The notes under the pieces: generated by a model | The model's input: only the letters and a program-made list of their open reading frames with translations | Database searches by the model: none | What the model was told of the DNA's origin: nothing | Part shown: piece after piece, positions 13,000 to 26,081 of the stretch | Layout: each line of letters begins with the position of its first letter | Position numbering within the stretch: the stretch's first letter is position 1 | DNA from: Glycera tridactyla | Taxonomy: Eukaryota | Length of the DNA stretch: 64,000 bases | Assembly (NCBI GenBank): GCA_965644265.1 | Contig: OZ286463.1 | Location: forward strand, 51,398,001-51,462,000 | Direction: 5' to 3' | Made by a program: the position numbers and the translations under genes

Positions 13000-14280
13000 A
13001 TCGATCGATGCAAGCTTGAGCTGGAGTGTGAAATGAGAAAATTTATTTATAGTTCCTGTGACCTTGACCTTTGACCTAGGGTCACATCCATCGGGAGGGA
13101 GTTTGTTCACCATTGGGTCATTACTCTGTGTAAGTTTGGTGCATATCCATCAATGCTACTCTGAGTTAGAATGTAAAATAAGTAGCTCAATAAGTAGCTC
13201 ATGTGACCTTGACCTTTGACCCAGGGTCACATGCATCGAGAGAGAGGTGGCCTATCATTGGGTCATTACTTTGTGTGAGTAAGGTACATATCAATCAATG
13301 CAAGCTTGAGTTGGAGTGTGAAATGAGGAAATCTATAAACAGGTCCTGTGACCTTGACATTTGACCGAGGGTCACATGCACCGAAAGGGAGGTGGCCCAC
13401 CTTTGGGTCATTACTTTGTGTTAGTTTGGTGCATATCCATCAAGGCTAGCTTGATTCAGAGTGTAAAAGAAGAAAATCAATCAATAGCTCATGTGACCTC
13501 GACCTTTGACCTAGGGTCACATGCATCGAAAGAGAGACGGCTAACCATTGGGTCATTACTTTATGTGAGTAAGTTACATATCCATCGATGCAAGCACGAG
13601 TTAAAGTGTAAAATAAGAAAATCTATGAATAGCTCCAGTGACCTTGACCTTTGACCTAGGGTCACATGCATCGAGAAGAAGGTGGCCCACCAATGGGTCA
13701 TTACTTTGTGTAAGTTTGGTGCATATCCATTGAGGATAGCTTGAGTTAGAGTGTAAAATATGAAAATCTATAAATATCTCCCGTGACCTTGACCTTTGAC
13801 CTGGGGTCACATGCATCGAAAGGGTGGTGGCCTGCCATTAGGCCATTACTTTGTGTAGGTTTCGTGCATATCCATCAAAGCTCACTTGAGTTAGAGTGTA
13901 AAATGGGAAATCTATAAATAGCTCCTGTGACCTTGACCTTTGACCTAAGGTCACACACATCAAAAGGGAGGTGGCCCAACATTGGGTCATCACTTTGTGT
14001 AAGTTTGGTGCATATCCATTGAGGCTAACTTGAGTTAGAGTGTAAGTAGAGAATCTATAAATAGCTCCTGTGACCTTGACCTTAGACCTTTGAGTACAAA
14101 AATCAAATTCTGGAATATGATTTCTACATAGATCCCAGTTATGAAGTTTTATGAAAATTGGACCAGCCAATCCAAAGTTATTGCATGAAATGTGAGCGGA
14201 CGGACGGACAGACGTACGTACGTACAAACGCCGAAGGTGAAACTATAATACCTTGCTTTTTCAAGAGCGGGGTATGAAAA
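13000..14280 (+). mobile_element. Helentron-associated (HINE/DINE-1-like) element with ~145-bp internal tandem array
   Basis: TGTGACCTTGACC anchors at 13057, 13202, 13347, 13492, 13637, 13782, 13926, 14069. (GACG/GACA/GTAC)n at ~14197-14225. 3' hairpin ATACC...GGTAT at 14248-14275. 5' end not recognised. Confidence 0.75.
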
Positions 14281-14533
14281 GTAGAGAGCATTCATATCAT
14301 TGGCATTGTCAAACCTGATGGTGAGCCAAGATCGATCATGAGCTGGCAAGAAATTTCTGGAAGTAGGAGCCATTTTCATGGAAGATAGACTCATAAAGAG
14401 CTATCCAAGTGATTCATGCAAAGCAGACCAGCTTTCACAACAACCATACAAGATTTCATGGAAATTGGAGCAGTTTATCACTTTCAATCTTCTACCCAAA
14501 TGTTAAAATTTGTTCCATTTTTTGTCATCTGTA

Positions 14534-14783
14534 NNNNNNNNNNNNNNNNNNNNNNNNNNNNNNNNNNNNNNNNNNNNNNNNNNNNNNNNNNNNNNNNNNN
14601 NNNNNNNNNNNNNNNNNNNNNNNNNNNNNNNNNNNNNNNNNNNNNNNNNNNNNNNNNNNNNNNNNNNNNNNNNNNNNNNNNNNNNNNNNNNNNNNNNNNN
14701 NNNNNNNNNNNNNNNNNNNNNNNNNNNNNNNNNNNNNNNNNNNNNNNNNNNNNNNNNNNNNNNNNNNNNNNNNNNNNNNNNNN
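14534..14783. other. Assembly gap (others: 16743-16922, 18804-18962, 31132-31281, 32096-32331)
   Basis: Runs of N. Confidence 1.
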
Positions 14784-15771
14784 TTCACACCCATGCCACT
14801 GTTAATCACTGAATTCTAAACATACACTGAAGAAGCACTTCATGACTAACAGTCGAAAACAGTGACATGTGTGTGTTGGTGCCAAACGTATGTTCATGCA
14901 TGCAAGCTTGCATATATATGCCTTGGTGTATGTGCATGGGTGAGGGTTTGTTCAAAAACAATGCACATGGATATCCAATCTCGTACTATCTTAAGAATCA
15001 AATAAAGAATGTAAGTTAAAAGGCAACCGAAAAGGATGAAAGAAGTGAGGTGAAAAATCACATGGCACCGTTGCAGGCAGTATGAATCATATACCAACCA
15101 TATCAGCTATCCGTTACCATGGCAATGCTTTGGTATACTATAAATAGCCTCTCTCTCTACACATGAATGCAAAACTGTGAAATATGAAACCATGAACTTC
15201 AAGTAAACAAGAATCAGCCCAAGCTGCACGAAAAGGTCCCTCGTGTATTTTTGTGAAGTGTGAAGGTTATACATCAGGCATGATGCTCTGAAAGTTGCTT
15301 GTGACGTCATCCCCCCCCCCCAGCTGTCCCCGCAGCTCTCTAAAAATAGCACATGAATTAAAGCGATGGAGAATATACCCATAACAGAGCTGCAATAAAT
15401 CTACATGGCCCAACTTTGGGACATGCAGTCAAATCCATAACTTGGATTCCAGCCATAAAGCTCAAAGAACCATCCAAATACATGGATTGAACAATCATGT
15501 GATTGACCAGAATGATAAGGTGCGCCATGTTTTCCAGATCCTGGACAGCTGAATGCTGTCCCTCCAAGCATCACTCTCACACACCCTGAACACAAGATAG
15601 TGGGGAATCAGAAAAGTCATCAAATGAGAGCCCGCTGACAAATCAGTCACATCTCTACCAACCCAACAATAAATAAATGAACTTATTGATGGAATATACA
15701 ACTATGAGGCTGGCAGGAATCTGACGCTTAAGCCTGGTAGCATTGGTTTCAATTTTGAACAAAATGCAGTA

Positions 15772-15946
15772 CAGTCAAGCCTGTCTACGAAGACCATGTT
15801 GAGTCGCATCAAAAAGTGGTCTTTATAGGCCAGTGATCTTTATATAGAGGTCTTATACTGTTGAGAATACTATCACGGTCTTCGCTGGTGATCTTCAAAG
15901 GCAGGTGGTCTTTATAGAGAGGTGATCTTTAGAGCAGGTTTGACTG
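15772..15946. mobile_element. 175-bp TA-flanked Tc1/mariner-type MITE
   Basis: TA-CAGTCAAGCCTG ... CAGGTTTGACTG-TA. Confidence 0.8.
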
Positions 15947-16193
15947 TACTTAAAATGAGGAAATGCCTCAGGTTCAAGGAACATATGAATAAAATGTTCA
16001 TGTATGCATCATGACCATCAAACCAGCTAAAGTGCCCTATTTGCCCATTGCCGTTAAACTTTCTAGTAAGCCTAGTCTCAGAATTTGTGAGCCTAGTACA
16101 TCCTTTGTGCACAATGACAATAAAGTGAAACCTGCAATGAGAGACCACCTCTGATAGGAGACTGCATTTTCGGGGTAGCGTATATATTTGATA

Positions 16194-16370
16194 CATTCGA
16201 ACCTGCTCTAAAGACCACCTCTATACAAAAACAATCTGTCTATAGAAGGCCACCCTGAGCTGCGACCAAGGTATTTTCAACAGTAAATTACCCATCTATA
16301 AAGACCACCTGCCTATGAATGCCACTTTTTTCATACAACTAAAGGTGGTCTTTAAAGACAAGTTTGACTG
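16194..16370. mobile_element. 177-bp TA-flanked MITE, adjoining a second MITE 5' fragment (~16122-16190)
   Basis: TA-CATTCGAACCTG ... CAAGTTTGACTG-TA; AAAGACCACC subrepeats. Confidence 0.72.
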
Positions 16371-18426
16371 TAGAGTCAAATAGCCAGAGCAGCATATGTC
16401 ATTTCAATGATGCACGACCAATCCTACCATGTTGGTACACATGAACTGTGTATGTCAACTGATGCGGGTATAAAAATAGTTATCAACAGACATGCCTGAC
16501 TCATCACCAAACAGAAATAGCCACAAATATACTATTTTTAGTATCAAATTCCCCACATGTAACTCACTCCCCCCCCCCCCCCCCGACAAGCTATCAAATA
16601 CCCATGTGATAAAGATAAAATGCATGCAGAAACTATTTCGAGCCTCATGTTTTAATGCATCGGTTGTCGAAAGTATCCATGAATAGAACAGATGAACAAG
16701 TTTCAATGTCATCATCGATAATTGCCGCGTCTGTACATGTATNNNNNNNNNNNNNNNNNNNNNNNNNNNNNNNNNNNNNNNNNNNNNNNNNNNNNNNNNN
16801 NNNNNNNNNNNNNNNNNNNNNNNNNNNNNNNNNNNNNNNNNNNNNNNNNNNNNNNNNNNNNNNNNNNNNNNNNNNNNNNNNNNNNNNNNNNNNNNNNNNN
16901 NNNNNNNNNNNNNNNNNNNNNNTGTGTGTGTACAAGTGTTGAATTTGTGGATGAGGTAGTGGGTGTGTTTCCGTGAGTATTTTGTGTGTGTCAGTCATTT
17001 ATGTGTGTGCATCTGCATTCTGGGTGTGTACATGCTTGTGGAACCTGAATGAACAAGTTCTGTGGGAATACAAAAGTACAAAAGTACAGAGATTAAGATG
17101 AAGCAATTCGGTGATAGCCTCAAAGTGAGATACTTATACACATATTGAAACCGTTTTGTCAGCCTGTTCAGTGTGGGTAATTCACATGCTTTCAAGAATA
17201 CACAAAATCGGTCATTAATGAGAAGTGAATTGCACCATGTGTCACATTTACCCATTGAAAATTCACAATGGATTATTGTCCAGAGGAATATAATATCCAC
17301 CACTGAAAACTTGGTCATAGAGGGGGGTTGGTTTTTCATGAAGGGCTCATTAGTTGGAGGTTTTACTTATACAGTGAAGGTGTCTTGGGAGACCCCTCTT
17401 TTGGGAGACCTCCTTCTTATGGGAGACCACTCTTTATCGGCTCTTCTCTATTTGACATAGTCAAATATACATCCAATGAGAGACCACCTATCTTGACAGA
17501 CCACTTTTCTTTGGCATTTGCGGCGGTCTCCCAAGACAGGTTTCAATACATTGAGAATGGGGTTCTTACACCTTCTTGCAGAACAAACTCCAGATCCACT
17601 CCGAACTCTTTCCATACCAGTGAGTGCATACTTCACATACAACTAACATGATCATAATTATCTACCATGATCCTTTGCTTCACATCCTGGTATTCAGTGA
17701 ATACCTATGGATTCCTTATGATGGATGCGCATTGCTTTCAGGCTATCTAAACCATTTTGGGCAAATCCCCTCTAAGAATATATTTCCAGCACCTGATCGA
17801 TCCTTGTTATCGTGAGGTGATTCCATACTTTTTCCGTGACATCTGGTCAAAACTTCAAAATTCTGTACTTTTTTCAAGGCCTGGAATGGAATTTTCTCAA
17901 ATTCCATACTTTTTGGCAGGTGTCCATACCTAGTATGAACCCTGAAATTCATCATGAATGGCATCAGCTGTCAATCAATCAACCAACATAGCCCTCTCTT
18001 ATACAGCATTTGACTCGGATCATACAAAGGGCTCACCCGGCTCAGTGCTATCGTTTCCCTACCCATAAAAGGCCTCCAGGTCGACTCAGTCAACATTTGA
18101 CACAAATGTCATCCTCTGTCAAGATGCCATGCCAAGATGGCATCCAGTCCTCACAGCCACTCACAACAACAGACAACAAACAGCAGGTGCAATGTCAAAC
18201 ATTGAAACATCTCCCTGGAAAGAGGACACCAGTCAGTGGCTATATTTAGCAGAATTCTCCAGGGTGCGTGAATCATGTCCAAAGTGCAATACAGAGGATG
18301 TCATACTGCAGATCCAGGTTCAAATCCACTAGAAATTGAATTATTTCTGAGAATGTAATTTGTACCTTTCAATGGTGTATTGTGAAATGTGGTTTCATTC
18401 AGAGGCGAGACTGTCTCTGAATGGGC

Positions 18427-18560
18427 AGTCCACATGGCTCAGCTTGTAAGACAGCTTGCTTCTTCAAATGCTGAAGATCCAGATTCAAATCCCCTTGATA
18501 TCAGATTTTTTTCTGAGAGTGTAATTTGTACATGATACCAATGGAGTATTGTGAAACAGA
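18427..18560 (+). mobile_element. tRNA-derived SINE-like repeat (partial tandem copy at ~18310-18390; reverse copies ~7555-7690 and ~45000-45100)
   Basis: A-box-like TGGCTCAGCTTG (18435-18446) and B-box-like GATTCAAATCC (18482-18492), followed by a shared tail CTGAGA(G/A)TGTAATTTGTAC..CAATGG(A/T)GTATTGTGAAA. Confidence 0.6.
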
Positions 18561-19032
18561 GGTGAGGGTTTCTGATTTGCACTCCAGTAAGGTCAGAATA
18601 TTACATATCTGACATAATTGGATAGTTCAGCAAGACAGAGAAATCACAGGACCATGGACTAGTTCTAATCTTTACAGCTATAAGCTATTGCAGTACTTGA
18701 ATCTTTTTACCAGATATTCAAAATGCACCAGTTCATCCTGATGACAACTGAGTTTCACTCACTAACTCTCACCATGTATTTGACCCTGCAGTATAAATAT
18801 CACNNNNNNNNNNNNNNNNNNNNNNNNNNNNNNNNNNNNNNNNNNNNNNNNNNNNNNNNNNNNNNNNNNNNNNNNNNNNNNNNNNNNNNNNNNNNNNNNN
18901 NNNNNNNNNNNNNNNNNNNNNNNNNNNNNNNNNNNNNNNNNNNNNNNNNNNNNNNNNNNNNNCCAACAGGGCCATGAAATTCACACCCAAACACAGTTAC
19001 GCTCAACACAAATACAAACATGCAAACAAACA

Positions 19033-20600
19033 AACAAGGCATCAGTGATGCAGGGTCCCCCGCCGATGTGGAACTATCACATTGAGCACCTCTGCTTCCT
19101 GGACTGCACAGAAAAAATGTGTTGACTTTCTTCAAATGGGGTCGATAATGTGCATGTCATTATGGAGTGCTCCAAGTATGCCCATGAGCAGCCCATCACT
19201 TGCCCAAGCCCAGAATAAATGTGCCAATGCACATATGAACAATGAGAGAGATCAATAAGATTGATTTGGTATGAATCAGTGCATTTGTTTTGAATACAGT
19301 GCATACCATCCTGAAGTGTTTGAAGCTCTTCAACTGTGCATATGGGTAGCCATCACTGGCCAAGCCAAAATTAATATGCTCATTTTCATATTGAGATGCT
19401 TCCGGGATGGTTGATTCAGTGTGGATTGGTGCAGCAGTCCACACTACATTGGTTCTTAAAAGTCCATACCATCAACCATTTTAAATGTCAATGGGCAGCC
19501 TATGCTGCCCATCACTCTCCCAAACCCATGATAAAGAAGTCAGTGCACAGCTACACATCAATACACTTCAGGGAAAGTTCATTTGATGTGGATCGGTGAA
19601 GGCGTTTGAGAGATGAGTTCCGTTGAGAGATGAGTCCAAATAAGAGTGCATGCCATATTGAAGTCCTTCAGATATTTCAACTGCCCATGAGCAGCCCATA
19701 GTACAAATCTGAAATAAATCTGCCAATGAACACCTACACATCAGGACGCTTCAGGAAAACTTTATTTTGTGTGAAGCGGCGGAGCGGTTGGGGAGATATG
19801 AGTTCTGCAAAGTGTGGATGAGAGTGCAGCCCATCACAAGGCCGAAGCCAGAAAAAATGGGCCAGTGCACACCTACACATCAAGACGCTTCCAGGAAACT
19901 TGATTGGATGTTGATTGGGGCAGCAGGTATAGAGATACGAGTTCCACAAAACCTTGATGGAAGTATGTACCATCCTAAAGTATTTCAGACATTTCACCTG
20001 TCCGTGGACAGCTTATAAAAGGTCAAAAACAATAATCAGCATGCCAGTGCACACTTACACATCAAGATGCTTCTAGGAGACTTAATTTGGTGTGAATCGG
20101 TGCAGCCATTGTGGAGATATGAGTTCTGCAAAATCTTGATTGGCGTGTATACCATCTTGAAGTTTGCAAACATTTCACCTGCCCGTGGGCAGCCCACTAC
20201 AGGCCCAAAACCAAAATAAACATGCCAGTGCACACCTACACATCAAGGCACTTCTAGGAAACTTGATTTAGTGTGAATCGGTGCAGTCATAGTGGAGATA
20301 TGAGTTCCGCAAAATCCTGATGACATCCTGAAGTTTTTCACATTTCACCTGCCTGCAGGCAATCACATGCCCAAATCCAGTATAAACGTGCCAGTGAACA
20401 CCTACACTTCAATACGCTTCCAGGAAACTTGATTCGGTGTGAATCGGTGTAGCGGTTCCAGAGATTCAGGTTCAGCAAAGTTGGCATGCATGGACGGACA
20501 TTGGACAGACAACGGATGGACAACGGATAGACAAAGGACGGACGGACGGATGCAGACTATTTTATAGTCCCCCTTCTGGTGTTCTGGCGGGGGACAATAA
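19033..20600 (+). mobile_element. Complete HINE-type element of a second family with ~180-bp internal repeats
   Basis: 5' AACAAG plus hairpin GCATCA-G-TGATGC. SubTIRs GTCCCCCGCC (19055-19064) / GGCGGGGGAC (20586-20595). (GGAC/GGAT)n tract at ~20490-20552. 3' hairpin GTCCCCC/GGGGGAC. Units of 139-183 bp anchored on CCAGTGCACAC. Confidence 0.8.
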
Positions 20601-21222
20601 TGTGTATTCAGCAACCACCCTCTGGACAGTGAAAAGTGGTTGCTTAAGACAGGTGGTTGTTTAATACAGGTGCCCTTTATAGCAGGTTCGACTGTACTGA
20701 CATATATGACAATATACAGAGGGACTTTATGAGGGATTTTTCCTAGACTGATGCCTCACAAATAATCCTCGCTTTCATATAAGCTTAGAAAGGAGAGGTG
20801 ACAAATGATGGTGTAAAATCTATAAATAGCTACTGGTGTGTTCAAGCTGTAATACAAATCTATAAATAGCCAGAGTTCACTTAAGGATAATCGGGGCGCG
20901 CGTGTACAGAACATGCGATGGAATGCAGTGATGAAATAGATAATGATTGTTCTCGTGGGAGAAGTGGGATCTGATGGTGATAGGCTGGATCAGCACTTTC
21001 GAACTCACTCCTGAAGAGTAAATCGAGTGCACTCACATCAACTGTCGACCATATCTCCCCCACTCGGTCTACTGGACATTTGATGTTTTTCAACCAATTA
21101 CCTCAATTCTGTCCCTCTTCAAATTGCCAATCCAACATATATATTCTTCACTTGACTGGATTCTTAGTAGCAGTACCTGAAGTTTCAAATATCTCTCATT
21201 AGTCACCAGTGATTGCAAAATA

Positions 21223-21399
21223 CAGTCGAACCTGCTCTAAAGACCACCTCTCTATAAAGACCACCTCTCTATAAAGACCGCCTGAGCTGCGACCCTGGTA
21301 GTATTTTCAACAGTAAATGACCTCTCTATGAAGACCACTTGTCCATAAAGACTGCTTTTTGATGCGACCGAAGGTGGTCTTTATAGACAGGTTCGACTG
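21223..21399. mobile_element. 177-bp TA-flanked MITE
   Basis: Perfect TA-CAGTCGAACCTG ... CAGGTTCGACTG-TA ends. Confidence 0.85.
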
Positions 21400-22296
21400 T
21401 ATATATTTTGCAGACGTGGCTCTGCTCAAATTAAAAAAAAATATATATATATATATGTAAGTGTCGAAAAAACAACTCATGTGGCTATTGTCCAACTGGC
21501 TCGAAGTTCGACCAAAGATTATTCATTTATTTATTCATATATCTATTTATCTATTCATTTATATACATATTTTTTTCACAGGGCACAGACATGCATAGCC
21601 TGGTCTTTTATATATATATTCATACATACATGTAAGTATAGTGATATACAAAAACTATTTGTATACAGGAGTGTCATGATAGTGAAGTCTCTCACATCCA
21701 AATATGACAGATGCATTTCACATGCTCAAGTCACCACTTCTCATCTGATCACATATATATATATATATTTGATGGCACAATTGGATTGTGTAGGACCTGC
21801 GATCAGCTTCAAAAAGGACTTCATGTAGTCAGAACACTTGTGAAGACTTGCTCTTATTCCTCAGTATTCATATGACAAGTCCGCCAATATTAATAGGGAT
21901 CTGTATGTATGAATTGATGAGGATCGGCATGCTGGCATTGAATAGAAAAGTTGTCATTGTCATTGATCATACTTCTAGTCATCAAGAATATCAACAATGT
22001 CTGTCAGTGAGTTTCATCCCAAATCCAATCTCAATAACAAATAGATGAAAAAAAACCACTAATCATATATGTATTCAAGGCTGGTTTCAGGTCTTCATGA
22101 AAATAGTCTGGACAGATTTTTCACATTTGACCAAATTTATGCTACCTTCCTCACCCATACATGAAGGTAACTACTCAGTTCCCTATAGACATTTGAATGC
22201 AACGGGAGTTCACCAGGTTGGAGATGCATGTATAAGTCACTGATACAACATTGTAATGTGGTAATTACATTCTCAGATACTTCTGATTTTCTTGCA

Positions 22297-22472
22297 CAGT
22301 GAAACCTGTGATGAGAGACCCCCAACGAGAGACCACCTCTTGACGGGAGATTGCTTTTCCAGGCAGTTTTTCTATTTGACATATTCAAATATAGCTCTGA
22401 CAAGAGACCACCTGTTTTGAGAGACCGCTTCCTGGTGACATCTAGGGCAGTCTCTTGTGGCCGGTTTCACTG
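22297..22472. mobile_element. 176-bp MITE (GAGAGACCACC family; relatives at 2450-2622, ~17373-17550, 33382-33535, 45287-45438, 51489-51662)
   Basis: CAGTGAAACCTG ... CCGGTTTCACTG ends; internal TTTGACATAGTCAAATATACCTC block shared among copies. Confidence 0.78.
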
Positions 22473-22945
22473 TGATGGGTTCAAAAGCAGATTGTTCAAA
22501 AGCTGGATTTCTATCATAGCACCAAACCACATAGACAAAGTTGGGTTGAGCAGTCTGTTCCACTCAGCTACCCAATCACCAATACTAACAACCAAACCAC
22601 CTCCCCAAGAGAAAATCCCAATCTGACAGAGACACCAGGAGACCGACATTGACCAACCTGTTCTACTTGGGTTCAAGCTATTTCGTGAAATCAAAATGCA
22701 AGGGGGTCGATAGGCATGAAATTATTAGTCACAGGTACACCATTGAGAAATGCAGATATCACTCTCAGTAATCCCGTTTTTTTAAGCAAGCCTGAACTAT
22801 GGGAAGAAAATCACATGATTCCTAAGAATATCTCATTGGAGATATACTCGTCAAATCAACAAAGGGATCACGAAAGATGATCTCATAAGTTAGGTTGCTT
22901 CTCATTAAGAGTATTCACAAGCACATTTCACTGTATTTGCTCATA

Positions 22946-23123
22946 CAGTCAAACCTCCTCTAAAGGCCACCTCTCTATAAAGACCACCTCCCTATAAAGA
23001 CCGCCCTGAACTGCAACTGTGGTAGTATTTTTAACAGTAAATGACCTCTCTATAAAGACCACCTCCCTATAAAGGCCACGTTTTGAAGCGACCGAAGGCA
23101 GTCTTTATAGGGAGGTTTGACTG
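22946..23123. mobile_element. 178-bp TA-flanked MITE
   Basis: TA-CAGTCAAACCTCC ... GGAGGTTTGACTG-TA. Confidence 0.85.
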
Positions 23124-23770
23124 TATTTTGATATATGAGGATGAAATCAGATAGGAAATGCATCATATATAAACATACGGTGCTGTACATTGACCAAAAT
23201 ATCTTGGAGCCAACTGGTCCCTAAGTTTTTGGTAGTAAATGCCAATTGTTGGTGGCCTGTCAATCATAACCTCTCAAAAGTTTAGGGTTCATTGCCTACT
23301 GCCTATTGGGTTGCCACAAGTAGCAACACAAGGCCCTGACATGGAGAGGAGCCAATTCCACTCAATTTTGGATAGCATTGGTCTCCACTGTTTCACATTA
23401 TCCAATCCCGGGTGGGTAATATCTACCACGAAAAGCACATGTCAAAGCAAAATAATCCCTGATTTGATGATATGATCAGAAGGCCAGCATCTTTAATTTG
23501 GTGATCTAAGAATCACTGATGTAGTGAGTCTTTGAAGGTTCAACCTCTCTTAGGCAGTTCTCCACTTCATGCTTACTTGTGAAGCGCCACCATTACAGTC
23601 AAATCTGTCTATATAGGCCACCTTATATCAGATAGAAAAGTGGCTCTTGTCGGCAGGCTGCATTTATAGAGGGTCATTTACAGTTGAAAATACTATCACT
23701 ATTGCAGCCCAGGGTGGCCTTCATAGGCAGGTGGCCTTTACAAAGAAGTGGTCTCCTGATCTTGTCTAAT

Positions 23771-23839
23771 ACTGCCCAGCATGACGTCAGATCACTGCCC
23801 AGCATGACGTCAGATCACTGCCCAGCATGACGTCAGATC
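23771..23839. repeat. Perfect 23-bp tandem repeat x3, each containing TGACGTCA
   Basis: ACTGCCCAGCATGACGTCAGATC at 23771, 23794 and 23817. Confidence 0.95.
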
Positions 23840-24979
23840 ACCTATCCAGATAGTAATATGAAAGTGAATTCATCATGTTCATGGTGGAAATGCTGATTCA
23901 GTATCATTTATTAACCCTCGCCACTATTTTGGCACTTTTGAGTGTGAGCTGGATCTGTTAATTTCATCATTGTCAACATCATAAATTTTCTGGGTGGAGT
24001 CTACCTCACATAATAGTATACCCCACTGTTCTTGTCCCTTATTTTAATTTGGAAAAAAAAAATCAGATATTATATTAGTATATGGTGGTTTCATCTCATT
24101 TAAAGGTTGTCAGATCATGTCGGGTAATTTCACCCCATATCTGATACAATATCACTGAAAATCACCTCCAGCATGAGAAGGAATTGTTGCAATAGTTACG
24201 ACTGGGATGGCAACTGAAATAGGCAACATCTTCATCTATGAGCAAATTATTTTCATTTGAGATGATTTCACATCATTTGCACTACTCTTTTACTGGCCTT
24301 GGTAACGTAATGGATTTGTGGTGCTGTGGTACCACAAATCCATCATATAACCAAGGCCACAAGAAGAGTGGTCGAAACGTCGTGAAATCATTTCAAATAT
24401 CATCCCAAAGTAAGTGAAAACACTTCAATCATGGACCATCTTGGAACCAAGAACAATATATTTGCAACCTATCACCATTTATGATGTACTTCCCCGAACA
24501 ACGACTGCACTTGATACTCACTGTCATACTGCAATATATGTAACATTTTCTTCAAATGAAATTGCAACCAATGTGTACTACCATAAGGTTGTTTTGGCAG
24601 GCTGGTGGGAAGTGAAGTCAAAAATTCAGAGGCAGTTCAAAAAATGCCAGAACTCAAAAACGGGAACAAGCAACTGAAGATGAAAAACAGCTGTGGTGTT
24701 TTGGTGAAGAAAATACACACGTGAGCAGATTTTCAAGTGGGAAATCATCTAAATTCAATCCTTTCATCCTCAAATTGTGTGCCATCCAAGTATCTGATCA
24801 GCGAATCCATAGCACATTGACGTGTGCCAAAGATTCTCCTCATAGCTGCACATGCAGCCATTTGGTTTCCATCAAATATGTGGATGATAAAAATAGACTG
24901 TGATAGAAGATCAATCAGATGATGTCTTCATCGAATTCAAGGATGAAAGAGTGCACCATGCTGAAAATGTTCCACTTAC

Positions 24980-25000
24980 TTTCAAAAAGAGTGCAAAAGT
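24980..25000 (-). CDS. Candidate alternative 21-nt microexon of the DGK gene (TFALFLK)
   Basis: TTCTGTCTCTTTCCTCAG acceptor and AAA|GTAAGT donor; 21 nt, no stop in phase 0, between two phase-0 junctions. No homology support. Confidence 0.45.
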
Positions 25001-25654
25001 CTGAGGAAAGAGACAGAATTCTTTATAACAAAGGCTGGGAATGAGGCATTTTGTATTAATCAGTATGGCTTGTTTGCAATATATTTGCTGGTTCTTCCAC
25101 CATCACAAATAGCTGTGATTTTTATAGGCCTGCAATAAGACTGGTAAATATGTCATTGACATGTATGTGTGAATACACAAGCATGTGTGTGTGTGCGTAC
25201 GCATCTGCATTTGCATATACATATTCCATCAGTGGAGCAGTGATATTCCTATAGCTATATCCCCTTGGCACATTTACTGAACAAATACGTGAGATACCAG
25301 TCCCCCAAAAAGTTAGCACACAATGTTTTTCGCACTCACTTCTGAAGAGTAAATCAAGTGCACTCAAGTTAATTGTCAACCACATCTTCCCCACTCACTT
25401 TGCTGGACAATTAATGTTTTCAACCAATTACCTCGATTCTGCCCATTTTCAAGTCGCCACTCCAACATATATATTCATCACTTGACAGAATTCTTAGTAA
25501 AATCACTTGACAGAATTCTGAAGTTTTAAATCTCTCTCATCAGTTACCAGTAATTGCATGTATTTATACATACCTTGATGTATTCTTTGAATGGATTAAA
25601 TAGCTGGATTTCTAGCATGGAAACAAGCCATGTGGCTAAAGTTGGGTTGAGCAG

Positions 25655-25659
25655 TGTGT

Positions 25660-25698
<39 letters not shown>
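25655..25698. repeat. (GT)n microsatellite
   Basis: Directly visible. Confidence 0.95.
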
Positions 25699-25704
<6 letters not shown>

Positions 25705-26081
25705 CACATACATATAAATCTTCCATTAGCGAAGCAGTGATATTCCTCAGCTATATCCTCTTGACACATTTACTGAACAAACGGAGCATAGTTCATAATA
25801 ATATACCAGTCGCGAAAAAGGTGTCACACAATGTTTTTTCATACCAAGAGTGTACTCAAGTATCTGTGTAAATTGTTGTATATCTGTTGCAATCAACAAT
25901 GAAAGATTCTCAACTCAACTCAACAGATATCATCAGGTTTTCATTCCAATGCCACAATGAGAATGTTTATGGCAAACAGATGTCTCCAGGATGTACCAAA
26001 TGAGCACACCAGAATTCCCACTTGAAATATCCCTTAAGAAGTTGGTTTAGCTGACATTACATTCTTTGAACACAGTCACCT

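Noticed and set aside
18427-18495. tRNA gene
   Set aside because: A/B-box-like motifs are present, but there is no convincing cloverleaf and the sequence continues into a tail shared with other dispersed copies, so it is a SINE.
18773-18785. CTGCAG|13 nt|GTGAGA possible microexon
   Set aside because: Not a multiple of three, with a weak pyrimidine tract; it would frameshift C1b.
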